DNA from: Macrostomum lignano
Lineage: Eukaryota
Assembly: GCA_002269645.1 (NCBI GenBank)
Contig: NIVC01003578.1
Coordinates: 1 to 56,253, forward strand
DNA length: 56,253 bases
Direction of reading: 5' to 3'
Shown: positions 1 to 9,381 of the stretch, piece after piece
Position numbering within the stretch: the stretch's first letter is position 1
How the letters are laid out: each line of letters starts with the position of its first letter
Notes under the pieces: model-generated
What the model saw: only the letters and a program-made list of their open reading frames with translations
Told to the model about the DNA's origin: nothing
Databases searched by the model: none
Made by a program: the position numbers and the translations under genes

Positions 1-13
1 ACAAGCTGTAGGA

Positions 14-190
14 ATGTCTGACAGCAGAAACCCGTTCTACACAGAGGATAAAAATCCCTTTAGTCTTGCGGCGGCGGCGGCCGGAACCCGTTCGAGACTG
101 GGCAGGACCGGCAGGCTGGCAGCTTCGGCTCCTACAATCCTGGCGCGGCTACGGCTATGAAGGCCGGTCGACTGTGCAGCAGCAGTGCAG
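14..190 (+). CDS. SNAP29: SNAP29-like gene exon 1 (N-terminal NPF-rich region, frameshifted)
   Basis: ATG at 14 gives MSDSRNPFYTEDKNPFS; neighbouring frames continue RNPFETGQDRQAGSFGSYNP and GYGYEGRSTVQQQ; donor GTGAG at 191. About 3 single-base shifts are needed to join the frames. Confidence 0.65.
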
Positions 191-215
191 GTGAGCGGCT
201 GCTGTCACCGCGGAG

Positions 216-780
216 GATGGGGTGGGGGGAGTCTGGGGCAGATGGGGTGGAGGGAGTCTGGGGCAGATGGGGTGGAGGGAGTCTGGGGCAGATGGGGTGG
301 AGGGAGTCTGGGGCAGATGGGGTAGAGGGAGACTGGGGCAGATGGGGTGAAGGGAGACTGGGCAGATGGGGTGGGGGAGACTGGGCAGATGGGGTGGAGG
401 GAGACTGGGGCAGATGGGGTGGAGGGAGACTGGGGCAGATGGGGTGGAGGGAGACTGGGGCAGATGGGGTGGAGGGAGTCTGGGGCAGATGGGGTGGAGG
501 GAGTCTGGGGCAGATGGGGTGGAGGGAGACTGGGGCAGATGGGGTGAAGGGAGACTGGGCAGATGGGGTGGAGGGAGACTGGGGCAGATGGGGTGAAGGA
601 GACTGGGCAGATGGGGTGGAGGGAGACTGGGGCAGATGGGGTGGAGGGAGACTGGGGCAGATGGGGTGGAGGGAGACTGGGGCAGATGGGGTGGAGGGAG
701 TCTGGGGCAGATAGGGTGGAGGGAGTCTGGGGCAGATGGGGTGGAGGGAGTCTGGGGCAGATGGGGCGGAGGGAGTCTGG
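216..780. repeat. 25-bp G-rich intronic minisatellite (GATGGGGTGGAGGGAG(T/A)CTGGGGCA)n
   Basis: Directly visible tandem array filling most of SNAP29 intron 1. Confidence 0.97.
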
Positions 781-995
781 AAGTAGATAAGACTAGGAGA
801 GGACAGGCAAGGGACAAAAATAAGAGTTGAGACGAGTTTTAAATCGACAGAGAATAAGACGACCGGAGCGAAGGGAGGAAAAGACTGGGGGAGGCTTCTG
901 TGATTGGGGAATGTATCAGTATGGGAGACTAGGAGAAGTTAAACACTGCAGACTCAAATTACATGTGCTTGTGCACCTTTGATGCCGGCTTGCAG

Positions 996-1333
996 GCCTC
1001 GCAGAGCCGGCAGCTGGAGACGCAACGGCGGGCTCTTCAGTCAATGTACAGCAGCGAGAGCATGGGCGTGGACACCGCCCAAGAGCTGGTCAGGCAGGGC
1101 GAGGTGCTGAACCGAACAGAGGAGAAGCTGGACCACATCGAGGCCGTCCAGAAGGAATCGCAGGCCACATCAATAGCCTGAGCTCGATGTTCGGCGGCGT
1201 CAAGAACTGGTTCCGCGGCGACTCGGCCAAGAAGCGCCAGCAGCCAGCGCAGCAGTACGAGCCCGCCGGCGCCAGCCTGGACAAGGCCATGGCCGTCAGC
1301 TCCACCGCCGAGGCCAGGAGAGTCGCTGCCCAG
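996..1333 (+). CDS. SNAP29: SNAP29-like gene exon 2 (Qb-SNARE helix), one frameshift near 1165
   Basis: Acceptor TTGCAG at 995, donor GTGAAT at 1334. QRRALQSMYSSESMGVDTAQELVRQGEVLNRTEEKLDHIEAVQKESQ, then after a 1-nt shift HINSLSSMFGGVKNWF, matches the SNAP29 first SNARE motif (…SQKHINSIKSVFGGL…). Confidence 0.88.
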
Positions 1334-1420
1334 GTGAATTTTGGGGACTTTGAGATTTTGGGTTTCCTGTGTCTCTAATTGAAATTTATTAGTGTCCCAG
1401 GTGAGATTTGGGTTTCTGGC

Positions 1421-2870
1421 GAGACTGCTGAGTGTCTATGGGGGTGAGAATGCTGAGTGTCCCTGTGGTGAGACTGCTGAGTGTCTATGGGGGTGAGAAT
1501 GCTGAGTGTCCCTGTGGTGAGACTGCTGAGTGTCTCAATGGTGAGACTGCTGAGTGTCTCAATGGGGAGACTGCTGAGTGTCTCAATGGGGAGACTGCTG
1601 AGTGTCTCAATGGGGAGACTGCTGAGTGTCTCAATGGTGAGACTGCTGAGTGTCTCAATGGGGAGACTGCCGAGTGTCTCAATGGTGAGACTGCTGAGTG
1701 TCTCAATGGGGAGACTGCTGAGTGTCTCAATGGTGAGACTGCTGAGTGTCTCAATGGGGAGACTGCGAGTGTCTCAATGGTGAGACTGCTGAGTGTCTCA
1801 ATGGGGAGACTGCTGAGTGTCTCAATGATAAGACTGCTGAGTGTCTCAATGGGAGACTGCTGAGTGTCTCAATGGGGAGACTGCTGAGTGTCTCAATGGG
1901 AGACTGCTGAGTGTCTCAATGGGAGACTGCTGAGTGTCTCAATGGGGAGACTGCTGAGTGTCTCAATGGGGAGACTGCTGAGTGTCTCAATGGTGAGACT
2001 GCTGAGTGTCTCAATGGGGAGACTGCTGAGTGTCTCAATGATAAGACTGCTGAGTGTCTCATTGGGGAGACTGCTGAGTGTCTCAATGGGGAGACTGCTG
2101 AGTGTCTCAATGATAAGACTGCTGAGTGTCTCAATGGGAGACTGCCGAGTGTCTCAATGGTGAGACTGCTGAGTGTCTCAATGGTGAGACTGCTGAGTGT
2201 CTCAATGGGGAGACTGCTGAGTGTCTCAATGGTGAGACTGCTGAGTGTCTCAATGGGGAGACTGCTGAGTGTCTCAATGGGGAGACTGCTGAGTGTCTCA
2301 ATGATAAGACTGCTGAGTGTCTCAATGGGGAGACTGCCGAGTGTCTCAATGGGAGACTGCTGAGTGTCTCAATGGTGAGACTGCTGAGTGTCTCAATGGG
2401 GAGACTGCTGAGTGTCTCAATGATAAGACTGCTGAGTGTCTCAATGGGGAGACTGCCGACTGTCTCAATGGGAGACTGCTGAGTGTCTCAATGGGAGACT
2501 GCTGAGTGTCTCAATGGGGAGACTGCTGAGTGTCTCAATGGGGAGACTGCTGAGTGTCTCAATGGGGAGACTGCCGACTGTCTCAATGGGGAGACTGCTG
2601 AGTGTCTCAATGGGGAGACTGCGAGTGTCTCAATGGGGAGACTGCTGAGTGTCTCAATGGTGAGACTGCTGAGTGTCTCAATGGGGAGACTGCTGAGAGT
2701 CTCAATGGTGAGACTGCTGAGTGTCTCAATGATAAGACTGCTGAGTGTCTCAATGGGAGACTGCCGAGTGTCTCAATGGGGAGACTGCTGAGTGTCTCAA
2801 TGATAAGACTGCTGAGTGTCTCAATGGGGAGACTGCCGACTGTCTCAATGGTGAGAATGCTGAGTGTCTC
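1421..2870. repeat. 24-bp intronic minisatellite (GAGACTGCTGAGTGTCTCAATGG(G/T))n, ~60 copies
   Basis: Visible tandem array filling SNAP29 intron 2; each unit holds a GAGAC…GTCTC inverted repeat. Confidence 0.97.
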
Positions 2871-2910
2871 CAGTCTCACAGCAGCTGTTCCATTCCACGT
2901 TCGCCGCCAG

Positions 2911-3216
2911 GAGCCCGCGGCATCCTTTGGCGCCGCAGCCACGGGGGCCGCCGGCTACCAGCAGCAGCAGCAGCGGCAGCAGCCGCAGACCTCCTACGAC
3001 AGGGCGTTCAGCGAAAACCTGGGCGAGATGGAGCATGGCATGGGCCGGCTGAAGCAGCTGGCCATGGGGCTGGGCGGCGAGATCGACAGGCAGAACTCGC
3101 AGCTGGAGCGAATGTCGGTGAAGACAGACAAGACGAACGCCAAGATGGACGAGCAGAACACGCAGATGAACCGCATTCTCTATGGCAGCAAGGCGCCGCC
3201 GGCGGCTAAGAAGTGA
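2911..3216 (+). CDS. SNAP29: SNAP29-like gene exon 3 (Qc-SNARE helix, stop TGA)
   Basis: Acceptor CGCCAG at 2910 is phase 0, matching exon 2. NLGEMEHGMGRLKQLAMGLGGEIDRQNSQLERMSVKTDKTNAKMDEQNTQMNRIL is a typical Qc-SNARE with central Q. Confidence 0.9.
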   Translation, partial: EPAASFGAAATGAAGYQQQQQRQQPQTSYDRAFSENLGEMEHGMGRLKQLAMGLGGEIDRQNSQLERMSVKTDKTNAKMDEQNTQMNRILYGSKAPPAAKK

Positions 3217-4170
3217 GCCCGGCCCGATGCTGCCCGAGAATTCCCGCACGAGTATGACGCAATTCCTTGTCGCTGTGTCTTATTAGCAGTCGCGGGTATA
3301 AGCTGTGCAGGCAACTCTGACCTGTGTGCCCCAAACCTGCTTACTCAGAACTTGCGTTCGATTATTGATTTTTTGGATTGGATTGGATTCTCTCTATAAA
3401 AAACAAATTAATCAAATTCTGCCTGCTCTCTTCACTTTATTTCTTTCATGTAAAAGTAATTTATGATTACATATGCGTCTGTATTTAAAAAGCTAAACTT
3501 CACATTAGTTGATTGAATAGATGATTTATATGCTTACTCGGGACTCGTGTTGAATGGTTTTTTACCTCACTAACACTCCAGACGTCAATGGGATGCTTTC
3601 ACCCCGGATATCTTAAATTAATAAAACTCCGGAACCGAAATATCATTTCTGATTCAAATTATTTGAAAGACCAAGCAAAATTGGCATTGAAACCGTCTCA
3701 ATTGAGCCTCCTGATACACGGCTTTTGCATTTATCCAGTTAGCCAGAAGGCAACGAGGGAGAGAGATAAGAAGAACGAGACTGAACTGGCCAGACCACAG
3801 ATAATAGAATTAGATGGGCCACTCAGCACATTTGCGTGTAATCTACTTTCAGTTCAGTAGTAAGTTAAACAAGCATTTTGATGTATTTTAAAGCCAAGGC
3901 TCAATTTATTGGCTCTTACCCACCAGCTTCAACCTTCCAACCGCGCCTTTCCACACCACACTACCCCTCGCCCGCCCCCCCCACCAATTTTATTTCCGTT
4001 CTCGGAATTCCAGCCTAAAGCTGCCATGTACATTCCAGTGGCCCATGTACATTATGGGTGAACCAATTAGCAAGTTGTTTACGTCTTCTGTGGGCTTCTA
4101 AACTTATCAGTCATTTTAAACTGCCTTTTTATAAAATTTTTATAAAGTGTCTATATTATTCTTTGCTACT

Positions 4171-7139
4171 CACGCCTATGCAGAAGCTGAAAAATGGGGA
4201 AAGAAAATTCCCTAAGAAACTAATGCTTTTCCCAGCCCCAAGGACCTATGCAGATTTCAAAAACAGTGTCAGACAAATCTAATCGCCTTGTCAAAAATGG
4301 TAATATGAATTTTTATATTATATGCAAATTACATGTAAGATGATAGATATTTAAGGCGAAACCCATCGATAATATTAATGTTAATATAAGTTCGTAGTTT
4401 TAATATTATTTTTAATCATTAAAGGAACGTGCAAATGTATTAGTATTAATATTATAAAATGAGAACCATGCACTTATTATTGCTAATGTCCGTATGGAAT
4501 AAAGTGCGCATGGATATTAAGTACACAAGCTAAATCCTAGAAATCTTGGCAGGCATGAAAATGCTTGACATCAAATATGGCTGGAATTGTAGCTAACAAC
4601 TGCGCGCAGCAGGCATTCTGCATACTGCAAATGCCCCAGAGGCCTGCAAAACCGCTGCCACGTCGAACGAAAGTCGCTGTGTGCAGACTCGACTGCCTGC
4701 TCACTGAAGGTCCCAAGGCCTGAGTTGAATCGCTCGCAGAACTCCGGAACATGGTGGAAAAGGGCGTGCATCTTAGGTGTCGGCACCAGCTTCAGTTCAG
4801 CGCAGCAGGATTCCAGCTGGGCAATCTTCTGGCAAAAGTCGCTCATCAGCTGTTGCCCAAAGCATGCTTGGCGAACAGCATCGAATGCCATGAGAGCAGA
4901 CGCATAGCCCTGGAGCCTTGATGGCAGGTTGCTCTTGAGCTCTTGAGCTTTAAGCAGCAATCTGACACACGCAGGGCCTTCCAGACACCCGCCGTGGTAC
5001 TGCTCGCGACAGATTCCAGCTGAATGCGCCCACTTGTATGCCTTGTCGTCGCCTCAAGCTGAGTTCAGCTGATCGAGCAGTTTGTTGGTCACACCAAGCA
5101 TGATGTGCAGCTCTGGTGGTGGCACGAGGTCCAGCATTGGCGTAGAATCAGCCCCAGGGAGAAGAGGCTGTCTGACACAGCTTGCGTAGTTTCTTGCCAG
5201 TCGCTGGCAGCTACCAGCAGCCTCGAATGCCGTGGCCATCCGACGAATGGATCCAAGGGTTCTTATGGAACCGGCAACTTGCCACGGCGCCTGCCCCTCA
5301 CAGTAGAGACAAGGATGAGCTGCGGCATGACTTTGAAGGCCACACAGGATGTTGGCTAGCTTGAAGTCGCAAGCGACTGTGAACTTAATCGATGTCAAGT
5401 CTAGCTCATCTAGAAGTGCTCGCACATTTGCATAGTTCTCCTGGACATCCTCAGCAATCGCGATGATAAACAGTTTTTTTACGCCAAAGTTGCTTATTCG
5501 CGACTCCCTGCTCAGCTTCTTAGGTGTGGACTCTGCCTGTGGTTCGGTAGGCAGTACTGGGGCGACACTAAGGCAGATTTTTAGCGAGCCACCACCTCCG
5601 TCCATCCCCAGCTTCAATCTCACATCGAACTCACTAAATCCTCGCTTTGAGCAAATGAAGCTCAGCAGTCCCTGCAGATCGGGGCATATGACGGAACATC
5701 TTGTGGTATCAGTAAAGCTGCCACCTGAGGACTTTTGAGTGAATTTGAGCTGCCGCATCTCAAAAAAACTCTCCGCGATGCTGCCTGCGGCTGCCAGAGC
5801 TGCCCGCAGTCCGGGTTGCACGGCCTTACGACTGCCCTCCGCCTGCCTGATAATTGTGGCTGCCATGTTTGTCTGCCGGTCACTCAGATTGAGAGATGTC
5901 TTTAACGTTACTAGTGTCTCGGTCCTCAGCGCTCTCTGCTCATTTGAATCACTTGCATGCCTCAGCTGCATTGGTGGGCCACCGGTGGCGCTGGAAATAG
6001 AAGCCGTTGATCCATGTCCTGATGCTGCTGCTGCTCTTAGCTTTTCACGCATCACGTCATGAGCGATGTGCTCTTTTGATGTAGGGCTGAGCGTGCGCAG
6101 GTACTGCAACTTGCTGGAGACGCTGCACTCGTGCCTTAGGCCTTTGCCCACAAGTGAGTGGCACCTAGTGCAGCGCTTCTCCGAGTCTCTGTCCTGGCTT
6201 CGAGTTGTTTCTGCAGGTCGTCCTTGGGGCAATTTATGGTTGGCCCGGCTGCTGTCAGACATGTATGGGTGCCAGACCGCCACCCGCTTGTTTGATGGGC
6301 TGGAAACTACCTGGCAGATACAGCAGGAGCAGTGCGGATGCTCACGTGTGAGTTGTGGCAAAACCTCCAAATCTGCAACAATTTGAAGGTATGGCAGTCG
6401 AGCAGGCAGTTCTTGCGGTACAGGTGACGTCTGTGACTGCAATTTCTTGATGCAGCAGCTGCACATGCCTCCTGGCAGAGTATTACGGATGTAGGCATGA
6501 CAGAATTCTGACAGGATAAATTGCTCGATGAGTTCTGCCTGAGCAGCTGAAATAACGCGATCGGCTTTGCGGAAGCAGAGGATGCAGCACCAGATACGAT
6601 TCTCTTCATGTGTGCGTCGAAAGTTTGGCATCGCGAGGCCAGAGAACTGATTTGAGTACTGAGGGTAATTGTTTCAATTGACTGCAACTTTATTTTCAAA
6701 GGAAGTCTGCGTGTTAGCAAACTTGTGATAAGAGGCATGTTCTACTTTATGAATGTACATAGTCTGTTCATTGTTTCTCAATCCCTTAATCACAATAGAT
6801 CTCAATAAATATGTACATTTGAGTTGTCTGCCAAAATTTCTATCTAATAATGTACAGCATTATATAACGCCCTTAAATTTATGCTCTAAACTTTGCAATT
6901 GATGCCTGCTCTTGTTACGCAATTGTTTTCAGTACTTGCAATGGCGCAACTGACGAATCTAATACTGAACATGCAGCTGAGAACACATAATTTCAATTTT
7001 CCATTCTATTATTTTTGGACAAGGCGATTAGATTTGTCTGACACTGTTTTTGGAATCTGCATGGGTCCTTGGGGCTGGGAAAAGCATTAGTTTCTTAGGG
7101 AATTTTCTTTCCCCATTTTTCAGCTTCTGCATAGGCGTG
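4171..7139 (-). mobile_element. Chapaev-type (CMC superfamily) DNA transposon, full length
   Basis: ~127-bp TIRs (4171-4297 and 7012-7139) with 5'-CAC…GTG-3' termini, a 4-bp TSD TACT on both sides, and an internal transposase. Confidence 0.9.
4571..6631 (-). pseudogene. Chapaev transposase (~686 codons) with a single in-frame TGA at 5054-5056
   Basis: ORFs 5054..6631 and 4571..4960 are in the same frame (LNSA*GDDKAYKW…). N-terminal H-x7-C-x2-C…P-x3-C-x2-C zinc finger, LGMDGGGG, ACDFK…HPCLYC, PPPELH, TPKMH and SEQAVESAH are RAG1/Transib/Chapaev-like DDE motifs. Confidence 0.88.
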
Positions 7140-7517
7140 TACTGAACTGAAAGTAGAAAGCTGTTTTGCTAAGTATATATGCCTGAGTGGCCCATCTAGT
7201 TATTGTATCTGTGGCCTAGACAGGGAGAGAAAACAGAGTAAACAGAGACAACGAAGGCATGCACACGGAAGGCCTGTGACGGAATTGTAGAGTAAAGTAA
7301 GCCAGCCTGCATCAAACCAATTTTAACAATACGCATGTGCTATTGTGAGAGACGTCAGTGAAACCTTGGAGGTAATCCACCTATACTAAATATATAATTA
7401 AAACTTCATAAACTGGACAATCGATAACAAGAAGTGGCAAACGGACTCGAGATCCACCGGCCACACCCATGTTCGCATGAAAAAATGGCAGGTGTTAGCA
7501 GACGTGACGAGCGCATT

Positions 7518-8478
7518 GGGGCCTAAAGTGTCCAACACGCCGGTTTTTCTGCCTTTGAGGCTCTCCAGCATGCATGAATTCTACGCGTGCGGAATTGTTC
7601 AGAAGCTTTGCAAATAATTTTCATGATTTTCTGATGGGGCCTGAAGTGTCCAACACGCCGATTTCTTGTGCCTTGGGGCTCTCGACCATGAATGAATTAT
7701 TCTACGCGTGCAGGTGTTCAGAAGCTTTGCAAATAATTTTCATGATTTTCTGATGGGGCCTGAAGTGTCCAACACGCCGATTTCTTGTGCCTTGGGGCTC
7801 TCGACCATGAATGAATTATTCTACGCGTGCGGAATTGTTCAGAAGCTTTGCAAATAATTTTAATGATTTTCTGATGGGGCCTGAAGTGTCCAACACGCCG
7901 ATTTCTTGTGCCTTGGGGCTCTCGACCATGAATGAATTATTCTACGCGTGCGGAATTGTTCAGAAGCTTTGCAAATAATTTTCATGATTTTCTGATGGGG
8001 CCTGAAGTGTCCAACACGCCGATTTCTTGTGCCTTGGGGCTCTCGACCATGAATGAATTATTCTACGCGTGCAGAAGTGTTCAGAAGCTTTGCAAATAAT
8101 TTTCATGATTTTCTGATGGGGCCTGAAGTGTCCAACACGCCGATTTCTTGTGCCTTGGGGCTCTCGACCATGAATGAATTATTCTACGCGTGCAGAAGTG
8201 TTCAGAAGCTTTGCAAATAATTTTCATGATTTTCTGATGGGGCCTGAAGTGTCCAACACGCCGATTTCTTGTGCCTTGGGGCTCTCGACCATGAATGAAT
8301 TATTCTACGCGTGCAGAAGTGTTCAGAAGCTTTGCAAATAATTTTCATGATTTTCTGATGGGGCCTGAAGTGTCCAACACGCCGATTTCTTGTGCCTTGG
8401 GGCTCTCGACCATGAATGAATTATTCTACGCGTGCAGAAGTGTTCAGAAGCTTTGCAAATAATTTTCATGATTTTCTG
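7518..8478. repeat. ~121-bp satellite, ~8 tandem copies
   Basis: GGGGCCTGAAGTGTCCAACACGCCGATTTCTTGTGCC…TTTTCATGATTTTCTGAT recurs every ~120-121 nt. Confidence 0.96.
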
Positions 8479-8752
8479 AGGATCTACATGTCGGTGGGAT
8501 TTGCTCGTGTGCAAACGTACTGTCGGGATCCTCGATGAACTGTTTCACCACTAAACGCTTTCACATTAAATGTCCCCACGAATGTGCAAGCTATAAACCA
8601 AATCTGTAAGTTGTATGACCTTGGTGGTCGTTAGCAGCACAGTATAAAATGCGAGTGACTCACTCGAAAGGCAAAATCTAAATTTTGATTATACATTCAA
8701 GTCTTGTGTATTTTATTAATCCAGCGCATACTCAGTTTCGCACGGCGTTTGC

Positions 8753-9051
8753 CTACTCTTTATAGAAAAACGCCAACTCAATAATGATGACCTTGTGATA
8801 TGGCTTCGGCGTGACCTCCATTGCTTGCGCATTCGCGCATTCAAAGTTATTGTACCGCCTGAACGTTGGGAAGTGTTTCTCCTTGCCGGATGGCAGGCAT
8901 CGGAAATTCAAGTTCTCTGCGCTGCTTCTGGCGTTTGACTTTGCCATTAAAAGAAACTTTTTTATATCAACTGTCTTCGAAAACGTGTAAAACAGAAAGT
9001 CACGCCCGGGACCATCAGCGTAAGCGACTCCGTACGACCACACATTCAAGT
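8753..9051 (-). CDS. Probable terminal exon of the giant Cys-rich gene (beta-rich ~99-aa domain)
   Basis: Minus-strand acceptor CTATAG at 9053-9052 is phase 1, matching donor G|GTGAG at 9382/9381. Reads DLNVWSYGVAYADGPGRDFLFYTF…HKVIIIELAFFYKE*; AATAAA on the minus strand at 8717-8712. Confidence 0.6.
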
Positions 9052-9381
9052 CTATAGAATACCTGCACGTTTTCGATATGCCGTCTTTAGAAGAGCACTC
9101 GATATTAACTCGATCTAAATGTCGGTGGGAAAGTGGATATAATTTTTATTCACGTTTTTATAAGTTCCAATATAAGTAAATTATGAGTACCGTCCCGAAC
9201 AGATGTCTAAAAATAGCTCCAAAGCTGGTATCCCGTCCTACTGGCACAGGGACTGCCTCAGGCCACAACTTGTGACGCTCGATTAGCAATAAACTCCTGT
9301 CAGGTCAAGTCGTTGACAATGTCCCCAAAAAGCTAACTACAAAAAAGTAAAACGGAAAATAAATTTATAAAATCAGCTCAC

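Larger units (their letters stand above)
3796..7213. mobile_element. Older non-autonomous TIR element (~450 bp when empty) interrupted by the Chapaev insertion
   Basis: CACAGATAATAGAATTAGATGGGCCACTCAG at 3796 is inverted at ~7181-7213 (CTGAGTGGCCCATCTAGTTATTGTATCTGTG); flanks GGCCAGAC / GCCTAGAC match at 6/8 (degenerate 8-bp TSD). Confidence 0.6.

Noticed and set aside
155-2791. ORFs across the SNAP29 intron minisatellites
   Set aside because: Translations of 24/25-bp non-coding repeats lying between phase-matched splice sites.
1421-2870. CRISPR-like look of short palindromic repeats (also 7518-8478 and 43575-44422)
   Set aside because: Head-to-tail tandem units with no unique spacers, no cas genes, and a eukaryotic context.
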